64,000 nt of DNA, taken from Nitrospirota bacterium. GTDB lineage: Bacteria > Nitrospirota > Nitrospiria > Nitrospirales > Nitrospiraceae. How positions within the stretch are numbered: the stretch's first letter is position 1; the number at the start of each line of letters is the position of its first letter. The notes beneath the pieces are model-generated. The model was not told where the DNA came from, ran no database searches, and saw only the letters and a list, made by a program, of their open reading frames with translations. The position numbers and the translations under genes were made by a program. Positions 33,659-44,408 of the stretch are shown piece by piece. The DNA lies in the NCBI GenBank assembly GCA_963703955.1, contig CAVPGK010000021.1:64001-128000 (forward strand), read 5' to 3'.

Positions 33659-35269
33659 TTATGAAGACGCGGAACTGATTGAAGGACCGACGGCTTTCCG
33701 CGATCGAAGAATCTCTTCCAACGTGAGGAGAGCATCTCGACCGGAGTTAGTTTCCACCGCTCGGATCAGGTTCTGATCCGCATAGCTTTGAGAGCCATGG
33801 TCGCCTTGCGATAGGGACCCTGACCACGGGCGAGGGTCTTGGCTGCCATGTTTTCTATGCCAGGCCGCCAGGCAGGCTTTGGCAATAATCTTGTTCAGAG
33901 GCGCCGGGTTATACAGCAGCTTCTTGATGCTGCCCGGAGTCAGCATCAAGGGGTTATAGCCCGCCGATAGATACCCCTCCTCCAGCAGACGGTGTTCCAA
34001 ATCCGTGTTCGGCTGAATTCCTAGGAAGAACATCAGCGGAAACACCCGCTCTTCCCCCAAGATCGACGCCACCATCTTGTAAGACTCGATGCTCTGGAGC
34101 AGGGTCTCTTCGGTCTCGTTGGGAGAATTGAGCGAGTAGTTCAGGATAACCTTACCCATAAAGCCTGCCTCGGCCAGGTAGCGGCATCCGTCATAGAGGC
34201 GCTCCAGCTTAAACCCCATGTGCAAGTCATTGAGCACCGCTTGGGAACCGGAGGTAATCGCCACTTCGAGGTCCCCCACTCCCGACCGTACCATGAGTTT
34301 CGCGAGATCAGCCGTGATCAGCGAGGTCCGGATATAGCCTGACCATTCAATGTCCAGTCCGTCGCCAATAATCCGCTCTAGGATCTCGGTGCACTGAGGA
34401 TAGGCTTCTTTTCCCGTGATGAACTGCGCATCCGTGAACCAGAACCGCCGGGCACCCCATTGGTGGTAGTGCTGGGAAATGTCCCCCACGACCATCTCCG
34501 GCGGCCGATACCGCACCCGCTTTCCCTCTATATAGGGATAGAGGCAGAAGGCGCAGTCGTACGGGCACCCCCGCTTGCTCTGCACCCCAATGCACTCGCC
34601 AATGTATTCGGGGTACTGGGGGAAAATCGACGTGAGGTATGGAACGTCGACCGTCGGCGCATCCAGGAGCGCCAGGGCATGCTTTTCTCCCTTCACCGTG
34701 CGCCCGCCCTCGCGGATGATGTAGCGCTCGTCCGCAACCGGCTTTCCCTCGACGACCTTCAGAATGGCGTCCTCCCCTTCTCCGAGAATACCGATGGTTC
34801 CCTCCGGAAGCTTTTCAATCAATTGATCGGCAAAGGCGGTAAAGGCTCCACCGCCCACCATGATCTGAGTCTTCGGTAATTCCTTTCTGATCAGCCAGGG
34901 GTAGGAGAGGTTCAGGCGAATCTCATGGTAATAGCGGTACAAGTGCTTGAGGCCTTGGAAGGAGGCGGCGAGTCGTTTGATCGGGTTGCTCGCGAAATAA
35001 AAGTTAAAGGCGTGCTCCAGCGACGCATCCCCTTCGTGAGGGGAAAAGATCTGGATATCTCGCCAGGAGAAACAGACCAAGTCGGGGGCGAACGCGGAAG
35101 CCGTTTCGCGTAAGACCTGGGCTCGCCGGCCTTGGGGATAGCACGAGAGATCCAGAATGCGCTGGCGGATGTCGGGCCGGCGGCGATGGATGAAATCCGC
35201 CAGATAGGTCACGCCGATGGGATAGACCTTCTTGCACGGGAGGAAGACGTAGAGAATTGAATTGATCAT
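33659..35269 (-). CDS. B12-binding-domain radical SAM protein, similar to the cyanobacterial Slr0320 family
   Basis: ILYVFLPCKKVYPIGVTYLAD, SWRDIQIF, KRGCPYDCAFCLY, FWFTDAQF. Confidence 0.8.
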   Translation of the reverse strand: MINSILYVFLPCKKVYPIGVTYLADFIHRRRPDIRQRILDLSCYPQGRRAQVLRETASAFAPDLVCFSWRDIQIFSPHEGDASLEHAFNFYFASNPIKRLAASFQGLKHLYRYYHEIRLNLSYPWLIRKELPKTQIMVGGGAFTAFADQLIEKLPEGTIGILGEGEDAILKVVEGKPVADERYIIREGGRTVKGEKHALALLDAPTVDVPYLTSIFPQYPEYIGECIGVQSKRGCPYDCAFCLYPYIEGKRVRYRPPEMVVGDISQHYHQWGARRFWFTDAQFITGKEAYPQCTEILERIIGDGLDIEWSGYIRTSLITADLAKLMVRSGVGDLEVAITSGSQAVLNDLHMGFKLERLYDGCRYLAEAGFMGKVILNYSLNSPNETEETLLQSIESYKMVASILGEERVFPLMFFLGIQPNTDLEHRLLEEGYLSAGYNPLMLTPGSIKKLLYNPAPLNKIIAKACLAAWHRKHGSQDPRPWSGSLSQGDHGSQSYADQNLIRAVETNSGRDALLTLEEILRSRKAVGPSISSASS

Positions 35270-35307
35270 GCGCTGATGGTTGAGACCTCAAGAATTTATT
35301 GATTGTT

Positions 35308-35383
35308 GATTTGCTGATTCGTAGAGGCGGGCATGTTTCTTTCAGTCGATCTCCAAATCGTCAGATCATCAAATCAGCAAATC
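35308..35383. repeat. Inverted repeat of short units between ubiE and the radical SAM gene
   Basis: gatttgctgatt ... aatcagcaaatc with degenerate neighbouring units. Confidence 0.5.
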
Positions 35384-36160
35384 TCACTTCGTCGCGACAT
35401 GGATCGCGACAATCCCGCCGGTCAGATTATGATAGTCCACGCGCCGAAAGCCGGCCTTCAATAACAGACCCTTGAGCGCCTCCTGATCGGGAAATGCGCG
35501 AATCGAGGCCGGCAGATATTCATACACGCCGGTGACGTCTCGCGCGACCCGCGTCCCGATCCAAGGGAGAAGCCGGAATGAGTACCAATCATACGGACTC
35601 CTCAACCATGCGTGTGTGGGGCGCGAAAACTCCAGGCACACGAACCGCCCCCCCGATTTCAGCACACGATGAATTTCAGTCAACGCCTGCATCAGGTTAC
35701 CGACGTTGCGGATGCAGAAGCCGGCTGTCGCGGCGTCGAAATAGTCATTACGGAACCCGAGGCACTCGGCATTCGCGCGCAAACAAAAGACGCGATCGGT
35801 CAGCCCGTGGCCGGCGATCTTCCGCGCCCCTTCGCGCAGCATGGCCGCGTTCAGGTCTGTCGCGACGACGTGTCCCCCCTGTCCCATCCGTTTGTCCAGC
35901 AAGAGGGCCAGATCTCCCGTACCCGCGCCAACATCAACTGCTCGACCGTTGGTCATCTGCGTGACATACGCGACGGCCAGGCGCTTCCACCGGTGATGCA
36001 GGCCGAAACTGAGGAGCGAATTGTTCAGGTCATACCACCGCGCGATCGCGGTGAACATGCGTTGGACCGCTAGTTCTCTGGCCTGCCCGGACCACGCGGA
36101 CACAGCAGTTGGGGGAGGCTCCTCATGCGGGCTCTCCAGTCTTCTCGTTTGATGAAGCAT
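35384..36160 (-). CDS. ubiE: UbiE/MenG-family quinone C-methyltransferase
   Basis: MFTAIARWYDLNNSLLSFGLHHRWK, DVGAGTGD, CLEFS, YEYLPASIRAFP. Confidence 0.9.
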   Translation of the reverse strand: MLHQTRRLESPHEEPPPTAVSAWSGQARELAVQRMFTAIARWYDLNNSLLSFGLHHRWKRLAVAYVTQMTNGRAVDVGAGTGDLALLLDKRMGQGGHVVATDLNAAMLREGARKIAGHGLTDRVFCLRANAECLGFRNDYFDAATAGFCIRNVGNLMQALTEIHRVLKSGGRFVCLEFSRPTHAWLRSPYDWYSFRLLPWIGTRVARDVTGVYEYLPASIRAFPDQEALKGLLLKAGFRRVDYHNLTGGIVAIHVATK

Positions 36161-36268
36161 TCGATGGACCTAGCACCCGCACGAACACTTTGTCAAGGTG
36201 ACCGCCCTTGTGTTCGTTCGGCGAGGAACGTATAGTCTGCCCGAATCTGCTGCTCTCAAGGAGGCCAC

Positions 36269-36598
36269 ATGAGACCGTCTCGTTTGTTGTTGTCTCTGTT
36301 CCTTTTCTTTCCATCTTTGGCCCTCGCTGGAGAAATCCGCGGCACCATCTCCGAGGGAAGTAAGCCGGTCGGAGCCGGGGTGTCGATCGACGTGCGCTGT
36401 GGGAACAACGCCTATTCCGCGACTACCGACAAATTCGGATCCTATCGACTGTTCGTGCCCGACAAGGGCACGTGCGCCCTGCAGGTCCACTACCAGAATC
36501 AATCGCCGTCCCGTGAGATCATCTCATTCGAAGACTCGACCCGCTACGATCTGGTGCTGGGGAAAGAAGGGGGACAATACGTGCTGCGGAGGCAATAG
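36269..36598 (+). CDS. Small secreted beta-rich protein
   Basis: Signal peptide ending SLALA; GEIRGTI...TTDKFGSYRL, resembling a carboxypeptidase-regulatory-like domain; AAGGAGG RBS. Confidence 0.7.
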   Translation: MRPSRLLLSLFLFFPSLALAGEIRGTISEGSKPVGAGVSIDVRCGNNAYSATTDKFGSYRLFVPDKGTCALQVHYQNQSPSREIISFEDSTRYDLVLGKEGGQYVLRRQ

Positions 36599-37473
36599 TG
36601 GCGGACAAGGAACGGGATGCCTGGGATAAGGCAGCCGTTATTCTTAAGTCGCTGGGAGGATTCGTCACGGCCGCTGTCGTGGCCCTCTTGGGGATCGTCG
36701 GCTCCAGCTATCTGAACGAGAAGCAGAAGATTGATACGAATGTCCGGCTGTATACCGAGCTGATGAGCAAGCGCGAGGAGTCTGAAAGCGCGCTGCGCAA
36801 AGATATGTTCACGTCCATCATCGATACCTTCCTCAAACCACAGGCACCCTCGCTGGATGTCAGAGTTCTGAACCTGGAACTCCTCGCCTACAATTTTCAT
36901 GAATCACTGAATCTCAAGCCGCTGTTCGCGCATATTGATCAGCAAATACGGCAATCGAGCCATCCGTCTAAACAGGAGTACCGCCAGCGCTTGAACAAGG
37001 TCGCGCGCGAGATCACGAGAAAGCAGATGGTCGTGCTCGAAGGAGCCGGGAAGAAGTTCGAGCGCAAATTCAATCTGACGAATGTCCCCAAGTCCAAGGC
37101 GGGGCTGTCGGTTGAATTAGAAGAGCAGGATCTGACGTTGGAAGGAATCGAGCGGGAATTTCGAGTCTACGTCATGGAAGTCAACGAGGAAACTCAAGAA
37201 CTCAGGCTCCGGCTCGAAGTGATCACAGCGGGACAGGCCGCCGATCCGTTCACGACGAACAGCGTCGAGTTCTGGGTAGGGTTTTTCGACTTCCCGATGA
37301 TCGACCACACGCGGTTGTCCCATGACCAACGCTGCGCGATCACGCTGAACAATTTCGAAGATTCGTTCGCCAACATCACCGTGGTCTATTTCCCCGGCTC
37401 CTACGCCAGCCTCAAGGAAAAACCGTACTACCAGGAAGTGGTCAAAGAGCTGCTCAAAACGACCGCTCCGTAG
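36598..37473 (+). CDS. Hypothetical membrane-anchored protein
   Basis: One N-terminal TM helix then coiled coil; GTG start overlaps the upstream TAG. Confidence 0.75.
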   Translation: MADKERDAWDKAAVILKSLGGFVTAAVVALLGIVGSSYLNEKQKIDTNVRLYTELMSKREESESALRKDMFTSIIDTFLKPQAPSLDVRVLNLELLAYNFHESLNLKPLFAHIDQQIRQSSHPSKQEYRQRLNKVAREITRKQMVVLEGAGKKFERKFNLTNVPKSKAGLSVELEEQDLTLEGIEREFRVYVMEVNEETQELRLRLEVITAGQAADPFTTNSVEFWVGFFDFPMIDHTRLSHDQRCAITLNNFEDSFANITVVYFPGSYASLKEKPYYQEVVKELLKTTAP

Positions 37474-37721
37474 GCATCCACCCTGACGTATTCACTGGGG
37501 AGGTAAGACCCATGTTCCCGTTTGTGCTTCTGGTCTGATTCCTCTTATGATCCTCGGCTTGCTGATCGCCGACAGACGCGGCCAAAGCCAAGCCAGTTGA
37601 AAGGTGCGCCCGACGGTTTCACCTTCTGCTTCCTACCCCATGATATAATCCCGCACCTCTTTGAAAAAGTGCTGGGTGCTGAGCTAGCTGAGGGCCTCCC
37701 CTTAGGAATCTTACAGAAGAC

Positions 37722-40229
37722 ATGAGTCAGTCGATTATCATACGCGGGGCGCGGGAGCATAACCTCAAAAATCTCGACGTCGAGATTCCGCGGGACCAGC
37801 TCGTGGTCATCACGGGCTTGAGCGGATCGGGCAAGTCGTCGCTGGCCTTCGACACGATCTACGCGGAAGGCCAGCGCCGGTACGTGGAGTCCCTCTCCGC
37901 CTACGCCCGTCAGTTCCTCGAACAGATGGGCAAGCCCGACGTCGATTCGATCGAGGGACTTTCCCCCGCCATTTCGATCGAACAGAAGAGCACCAGCCAT
38001 AATCCCCGGTCCACCGTCGGCACGGTCACCGAGATTTACGATTACCTCCGCCTGCTGTTTGCTCGGGTCGGCCATCCGTTCTGTTTCAATTGCGGCGAAG
38101 AAATCACGGCTCAGACCGTTCAGCAAATGGTGGATGCGATCCGCACCCTGCCCGATGGAGCCAAATTTCAAGTATTGGCCCCGATCGTGCGTGGGCGGAA
38201 GGGCGAGTACAAGAAAGAGTTGCTGGATATGCGGCGGGCCGGCTACGTGCGCGCCAGGATCGACGGCCAACTGATCGATCTTGGCGAGGAGATCTCCCTC
38301 GACAAGCAAAAAAAGCACACGATCGAGATCATCGTCGATCGCCTGCTCATGAAACCGGGCGAGGCGCTGGCCCGTCGGTTGGCCGACTCGGTGGAGACCG
38401 CACTCAAGCTAGCGGACGGCCTCGTCGCCGTGCTCACCGATGGTGACAAAGAACTGCTCTATAGCGAGAAGCTGGCGTGCGTTCGCTGTGGGGTGAGTTA
38501 CCCCGAGATTACGCCGCGCATTTTTTCGTTCAATAGCCCGCACGGCGCCTGCCCGGCCTGCGACGGGATCGGCTACGCCGTCACGCCCGGCTGCCCCGAG
38601 GAAGAGGACTTCACGTTGCTGGATCTCTGTCCCGTCTGCAAGGGCGCGCGGCTCAGGCCGGAAAGCCTGTCGGTGAAGATCGGACGGCGATCGATCGCTG
38701 AGGTTACGCAACTCTCGGTTCGCGCGGCGTCGGACTATTTCCACACGCTCACCCTGACCGAGCGCGAGACCTTCATCGCGCAACGTATTCTAAAAGAGAT
38801 CCGCGAGCGGCTCGGGTTCCTGGTCAATGTCGGGTTGGACTATCTGACCCTGGACCGAGCGGCCGCCACGTTGTCCGGCGGTGAAGGGCAGCGCATCCGC
38901 CTAGCCACGCAAATCGGATCGGGGCTCGTCGGGGTCCTGTATATTCTCGACGAGCCGTCCATCGGCCTGCACCAACGCGACAACCGACGCCTGCTCCAGA
39001 CCCTGCTCCGACTGCGCGACATGGGCAACACCATCGTGGTGGTGGAACACGACGCCGAGACGATGCGGGCTGCGAACCATATCCTGGACATGGGACCCGG
39101 CGCGGGCGCGCACGGCGGCCGGATTATCGCGCAAGGCACGCCTGATCAGATCATGGCGAATCCCGCGTCGCTGACCGGCCAATATCTGCAAGGAAAGCAA
39201 TCCGTCACTCTGCCGAATCGGAAACGCCAGCCGAAAGGGTTTCTCGTCATCATGGGCGCGCGGAAACACAATCTGAAAGCGATCACCGCTCGGATTCCGC
39301 TCGGGTTGCTGACCTGCGTGACGGGGGTGTCCGGGTCCGGGAAAAGCACCCTTGTGTTGGAGGTCCTGTTCCACTCGCTGTCGCAACTGCTCTACCACAA
39401 ACAGCCGAAGATCGATGGGTGCAAGAAACTCACAGGGGTTGAGGCATTGGACAAGGTGATCGATATCGATCAGTCGCCGATCGGTCGGACGCCGCGATCG
39501 AACCCGGCTACCTATACTGGTCTGTTCACCTTCATCCGGGATCTGTTTGCTAATCTGCCGGAGTCGCGAGTGCGAGGGTATAAGCCGGGCCGGTACAGCT
39601 TTAACGTAAAGGGGGGCCGCTGTGAGGCCTGCGAAGGGGACGGCCTCATCAAGATCGAAATGCATTTCTTGCCGGACATCTATGTCACCTGCGAGGTCTG
39701 CAAGGGTCAGCGGTACAACCGGGAGACGTTGGAGATTCGTCACAAGGACAAGAGCATCGCCGACATCCTGAACATGACGGTGGACGAGGCCTTGGAGTTT
39801 TTCGAGCACATTCCGTTCATCAAAGCCAAGCTTCAAACCCTACACGATGTGGGGTTGCACTACATCAAACTCGGCCAATCCGCGACCACCCTCTCCGGGG
39901 GGGAAGCGCAGCGAGTCAAGCTCTCACGCGAACTTTCGAAGCGGGCAACCGGTCGCACGCTCTATATATTGGATGAGCCGACCACCGGCCTGCACTTCGC
40001 CGATATTCAGCGTCTCATGGATGTATTGAACCGGCTCGTGGAGGCCGGCAACACCGTCCTGGTGATCGAGCATAACCTCGATGTCATCAGGAACTCCGAC
40101 TGGATTATTGATCTGGGGCCGGAGGGCGGCGATCGAGGCGGAGAGATCGTGGCAGAGGGGAAACCGTCCGATCTGGCGCTCGTCCCGCAATCGTACACCG
40201 GCCAAGTGCTGCGCCAAGCCGGCGTATGA
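37722..40229 (+). CDS. uvrA: Excinuclease ABC subunit A
   Basis: [22 protein letters not shown], two LSGGE signatures, zinc-finger Cys pairs. Confidence 0.97.
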   Translation: MSQSIIIRGAREHNLKNLDVEIPRDQLVVITGLSGSGKSSLAFDTIYAEGQRRYVESLSAYARQFLEQMGKPDVDSIEGLSPAISIEQKSTSHNPRSTVGTVTEIYDYLRLLFARVGHPFCFNCGEEITAQTVQQMVDAIRTLPDGAKFQVLAPIVRGRKGEYKKELLDMRRAGYVRARIDGQLIDLGEEISLDKQKKHTIEIIVDRLLMKPGEALARRLADSVETALKLADGLVAVLTDGDKELLYSEKLACVRCGVSYPEITPRIFSFNSPHGACPACDGIGYAVTPGCPEEEDFTLLDLCPVCKGARLRPESLSVKIGRRSIAEVTQLSVRAASDYFHTLTLTERETFIAQRILKEIRERLGFLVNVGLDYLTLDRAAATLSGGEGQRIRLATQIGSGLVGVLYILDEPSIGLHQRDNRRLLQTLLRLRDMGNTIVVVEHDAETMRAANHILDMGPGAGAHGGRIIAQGTPDQIMANPASLTGQYLQGKQSVTLPNRKRQPKGFLVIMGARKHNLKAITARIPLGLLTCVTGVSGSGKSTLVLEVLFHSLSQLLYHKQPKIDGCKKLTGVEALDKVIDIDQSPIGRTPRSNPATYTGLFTFIRDLFANLPESRVRGYKPGRYSFNVKGGRCEACEGDGLIKIEMHFLPDIYVTCEVCKGQRYNRETLEIRHKDKSIADILNMTVDEALEFFEHIPFIKAKLQTLHDVGLHYIKLGQSATTLSGGEAQRVKLSRELSKRATGRTLYILDEPTTGLHFADIQRLMDVLNRLVEAGNTVLVIEHNLDVIRNSDWIIDLGPEGGDRGGEIVAEGKPSDLALVPQSYTGQVLRQAGV

Positions 40230-40779
40230 AGAAGCGGGCCGAGTGACTCCCCGTCGGATAACGTAACCCCTGCCCGTAACCCCTGCCCATTGTCCAGACG
40301 GTTCAGTCAATCATCCATGTCGTGCACGTCGGGTGAACTTTTCGCGTAGGATGACGTTTGGGGGATGCGAACACAAGGAATTTACACAAACGTAATAGAA
40401 GGTTTCTTTTCTGGTAATGAGTTGTGGCTAGAATGGGGCCACCAAATTGAGTGCTGAGAGGGCGGCAGAAAGATCGAGAATTCTATAAGATAAGAGAGAC
40501 TTCGGCTGATATGTACCCCTCCACCTATCTGCTGTCTGCGTACGTTGGAAATTTGACTCTTGACTTTTCAGTAGCAGTGTCGTTATTATCGCGTTCTCGC
40601 AAGGAACACCTTCGGAGACCCACGCCACGAAGTGATGCGGGCCGGTTATCCTCGCGTTGGCGGTGGGACCCCCACTGGGAACCTAACGGGCACACTGTTC
40701 ATGGAGCCTCGACGAGGTGCGTGGCTTTGTGGTCAGGAGCCGCAGTAGCTAAGTCGGTGAGAACGCAGGAGGCTTAAGC

Positions 40780-41391
40780 ATGGAACAGAAGAAAGCGAAG
40801 AGAAGCGAGAGAGAAGCAAAGGGTGAACAGAAAACAAGGAAGGAGGAAGGAGCGAGGGTTGGTGCTGAAGTAGAGAGACGACTGGAAGCAGTGAAGGTGG
40901 AACCTAAACAGCCTGAACCATCAGGCGAACAAGAAAACAGGAGGTCAAGCATGATTGCGACAGAATTGAATACGGAACAACTGAAGACTGAGTACAGCGG
41001 AATGGTCAAGGCCTGGAAGGATGGTTATCTCCAGGGCTTGGACGCGTGCTTGCAGTTGCAAGCCGAGAGTCAGCGTCTGATCAAGGACTCGGTCAAGCAA
41101 GGATTCTCGGGATCGCGCCAATTCTTTACCCGGTGGAAGGATTGGGTCGAGGATCAAACCCAACGGCAGACAGACATCCAACAGAAGCAGATTAACGGAG
41201 TGAATCCTTTTCTGGGGTTCACGAGGCAGTCTACTGAGGCTGTGATGGCTACAGTCGAGCCGCTCTTAAAGAATTCTGAAGAGGCTGTTGAGAGTTCATT
41301 CGGCTATTATGAGAATGCCGTGGCGACTCCATCACGAAAATATGTTCGCGAAATCAACAAGCAGGTGTTGAACGCTGTCATTCCCAGCTGA
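40780..41391 (+). CDS. Phasin-like helical protein with two possible in-frame starts (40780 and 40951)
   Basis: Helical Q/E/K-rich sequence heading the pha cluster; AGGAGG precedes both ATGs. Confidence 0.6.
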   Translation: MEQKKAKRSEREAKGEQKTRKEEGARVGAEVERRLEAVKVEPKQPEPSGEQENRRSSMIATELNTEQLKTEYSGMVKAWKDGYLQGLDACLQLQAESQRLIKDSVKQGFSGSRQFFTRWKDWVEDQTQRQTDIQQKQINGVNPFLGFTRQSTEAVMATVEPLLKNSEEAVESSFGYYENAVATPSRKYVREINKQVLNAVIPS

Positions 41392-41420
41392 GCCTCAGGA
41401 GTTCAGATGAGTGTCCTGAT

Positions 41421-41456
41421 GACTGAGGAGGGTTTTGTGTCTTGCCCTCCTCAGTC
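41421..41456 (+). terminator. 12-bp stem-loop after the phasin-like gene (terminator or stability element)
   Basis: gactgaggaggg-N12-ccctcctcagtc; no clear U-tract. Confidence 0.5.
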
Positions 41457-41732
41457 TCTACCTGGTGCCTGCTAGCCCCGCGAGTTGGTATCTCCGGCAC
41501 TCTCCCAGTGGGGAATTTCAACAAGATCGACAATAGCGGTGGCATGGTGTTCCCAGAAGGCGTCATCCATGGCTGTGGAGTCATTTCGCCAGAAAACCTA
41601 CTGGACTTGTATGCCTAGTGAGCCTAATATATTTGATTGTCCTCTTATTAAATACGTCAGAAATACAGCTAACGAACGGAGGCAGCCTGCACCCGACCAA
41701 GACTGGGAACCTTGTGGGCAAGGAGGTGGCTT

Positions 41733-42905
41733 ATGCGGCAGGTGGTTATAGCGGGGGCGGTGAGGACGCCGATCGGAAACTTGAATGGATCGCTCAGCAC
41801 CATGAGCGCCACGACTCTGGGAAGCTATGTCATTCGAGAAGCGATACGGCGCGCTCATCTCAACCCTGAAGCGGTGGATGAAGTGATTATGGGGAATGTG
41901 CTTCCGGCAGGGCTTGGTCAAGCCCCTGCCCGGCAGGCCGCGAAGGGCGCGGGGCTTGCGGACACCGTCTCCGCCACGACGATCAACAAGGTGTGTGGAT
42001 CCGGTTTGAAGGCAGTCATGATGGCCTACCAGGCGATTCAGTCAGGAGACGCCGATGTCGTAGTGGCAGGGGGCATGGAGAGCATGAGTCGGGCTCCCTA
42101 CATCCTGGAGCGGGCCAGGTCGGGATACCAGTCGGGGCATGGAGAGCTCATCGACAGCATGATCAAGGATGGACTGTGGGATCCGTATGAGAATGCGTCA
42201 ATGGGCACATGCGGAGAACTTTGCGCTGCCAAGTATCAACTCTCTCGGGAGGAGCAGGACGACTTTTCGGTTCAAAGCTATGCCAAAGCGCTCAAAGCTC
42301 AACGGGAGGGATGGTTTCGTGACGAGATCGTCGAGGTTGAAGTCCCCGGAAAACAGCCGGTCCGCATTCGGGATGATGAACGCCTGAGCCGTTTTGACGA
42401 AGCCAAGTTGAGGAAACTTCGACCCGCCTTCAAACCGGATGGAACGATTACCGCCGGCAATGCATCCGGCATGAATGACGGGGCGGCAGCGGTGGTAGTG
42501 CTTTCTGAGGAACGCGCGGCCTCCCTGGGTATTACTCCGATGGCGAGGATTCTCGGTTTTACCCAAAAGGCGGTCGCACCTGAATGGTTCACGATTGCCC
42601 CGATCCAAGCGCTCTCGGCCCTGTTGAGCAAGCTTAAAGTCAATGTGGACCAGATCGATCTCTATGAAGTGAACGAAGCGTTCGCGGTGGTGCCGATGGC
42701 GGCGATCAAGGAATTGCGACTGAATCCGGAACGAGTCAATATTCATGGCGGGGCTGTGGCACTTGGTCATCCTCTTGGAGCCACGGGTGCGCGATTGCTC
42801 GCCACGCTGCTGTACGCCCTCAAACGCACAGGAAAGAAACGGGGGATCGCGAGTCCTTGCATCGGCGGTGGAGAAGCCGTCGCTCTCGCTGTAGAAATGA
42901 TCTGA
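41733..42905 (+). CDS. phaA: Acetyl-CoA acetyltransferase (beta-ketothiolase)
   Basis: INKVCGSGLK, NEAFA, GHPLGATG, CIGGGE. Confidence 0.93.
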   Translation: MRQVVIAGAVRTPIGNLNGSLSTMSATTLGSYVIREAIRRAHLNPEAVDEVIMGNVLPAGLGQAPARQAAKGAGLADTVSATTINKVCGSGLKAVMMAYQAIQSGDADVVVAGGMESMSRAPYILERARSGYQSGHGELIDSMIKDGLWDPYENASMGTCGELCAAKYQLSREEQDDFSVQSYAKALKAQREGWFRDEIVEVEVPGKQPVRIRDDERLSRFDEAKLRKLRPAFKPDGTITAGNASGMNDGAAAVVVLSEERAASLGITPMARILGFTQKAVAPEWFTIAPIQALSALLSKLKVNVDQIDLYEVNEAFAVVPMAAIKELRLNPERVNIHGGAVALGHPLGATGARLLATLLYALKRTGKKRGIASPCIGGGEAVALAVEMI

Positions 42906-42984
42906 CATCCTGACGATCGGCGCCGCATAGCAGCGGGGATCGTGTTGCCCACAAGCGGAACGCAAAAGGAAATAAGGAGTGCAA

Positions 42985-43737
42985 ATGGGAGAGAGCTTAA
43001 AAGGTCGTGTAGCCCTGGTGACCGGAGCGGTGGGGGGGATTGGCCAGGCCATCTCTTCCCTTTTAGCCGAGGAAGGGGCTACCCTAGCCCTTCACTACCT
43101 CGTCGAGCCGGATGAGGTAGCAGCGGCGTTTCACAAGGAGTTTACCCAACAGGGATATAAGGCGAAGATCTACAAGGCAGATCTCTCTCGATTTGAAGAC
43201 GTGACCTCTTTGGCCGAAGCCGTTATCAAGGATTTTGGCCAGATTGACATTCTCGTCAACAATGCCGGCATCACCATGGATAGGACCCTGAAGAACATGA
43301 GTCCTGCGGAGTGGGAGAAGGTCATCGCCGTCGATCTCTCGTCGGTCTTCTACTGTTCGAAGGCGGCGATCAACCAGATGCTCTCCAGGGGCTACGGTCG
43401 AATCATCAGCATCAGCTCAGTCGTCGGAGAGAAAGGGAATGTCGGTCAGACCAACTATGCTGCGGCAAAGGCCGGGATCATCGGTTTTACTAAGTCCTTG
43501 GCGCTGGAAACGGCGAGGAAAGGGATTACCGTCAACGCCGTCGCGCCAGGTTTCGTGAAGACGGCGATGACGGAAAAGATTCCAAAGGAGATCATGAACA
43601 AGATCGTCGAGGGCATCCCCACCGGTCGATTGGCCGAACCGTGGGAGATCGCCCGTGCGGTCGTATTTTTGGCGGATGAGAAGTGCTCCTACATGACCGG
43701 CCAGGTCTTGAGCGTCAATGGGGGATTGTATATGTAG
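42985..43737 (+). CDS. phaB: Acetoacetyl-CoA reductase
   Basis: TGAVGGIG, NNAGIT, GQTNYAAAK and NGGLYM end; lies between phaA and phaEC. Confidence 0.88.
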   Translation: MGESLKGRVALVTGAVGGIGQAISSLLAEEGATLALHYLVEPDEVAAAFHKEFTQQGYKAKIYKADLSRFEDVTSLAEAVIKDFGQIDILVNNAGITMDRTLKNMSPAEWEKVIAVDLSSVFYCSKAAINQMLSRGYGRIISISSVVGEKGNVGQTNYAAAKAGIIGFTKSLALETARKGITVNAVAPGFVKTAMTEKIPKEIMNKIVEGIPTGRLAEPWEIARAVVFLADEKCSYMTGQVLSVNGGLYM

Positions 43738-43803
43738 GAGTGTTCTCTTGTACTGTGGGTTCGACAAACGGGACGTTTAAGCAATCAACGAATGGAGGAC
43801 GTG

Positions 43804-44292
43804 ATGGAAACGATGGAATGGACCAAGCAATCCGAAAACCTGTTCAAGACATGGACTGACACGCAAACGAAGATGTGGAATGACTGGATTAAGCTCATGC
43901 AAGGAGTCGGGAAATCTCAGTCGAGCCAGATATGGGAAAAAACCGTCGAAGCCTGGGATGAATCCATTAAGAAGAGCCTTGATGCACAGGTTGAATGGAC
44001 TCAGCGTTGGGCCGAGAGCTGCAAGGGCGCTCCCAAGGAGCTGGCGGATTGGGCCAAGCAAGGCCAAGACATGATTCAGGGCTGGACCCAGACCCAGAAG
44101 CAGCTCTGGGCAAACTGGTTCCACATCGTCAAGAAGCTCGATCCCGCTGCGTCGGGCATGAACTGGGGCGGCGGAGACGGTCAGAAATTCCTGCAAGGCT
44201 GGCAGGACGCCGTCCAAAAAGGCCTGGATACTCAGGCCGAGTGGGTTCGCTTGTGGTCCGCGAAGCAAGCTGGTACGAAGCCTAAGGAATAA
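43804..44292 (+). CDS. Trp-rich internally duplicated protein resembling the PhaE N-terminus
   Basis: Two repeats of about 75 aa; GGAGG RBS before GTG/ATG at 43801/43804. Confidence 0.75.
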   Translation: METMEWTKQSENLFKTWTDTQTKMWNDWIKLMQGVGKSQSSQIWEKTVEAWDESIKKSLDAQVEWTQRWAESCKGAPKELADWAKQGQDMIQGWTQTQKQLWANWFHIVKKLDPAASGMNWGGGDGQKFLQGWQDAVQKGLDTQAEWVRLWSAKQAGTKPKE

Positions 44293-44408
44293 GGGAATAA
44301 CGGGAAGCTGAGGTTCAGGCTGCTGGTTGAATTCAACTCCGTCGCAGTGATCAGAGCGACGGCACGAGTAGGTTTAGCCTGATTGCTGAGACTCAAGAGA
44401 GGATCACC

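Noticed and set aside
40263..40288. gtaacccctgccc twice in tandem
   Set aside because: Two adjacent copies without spacers; not a CRISPR array and no further support
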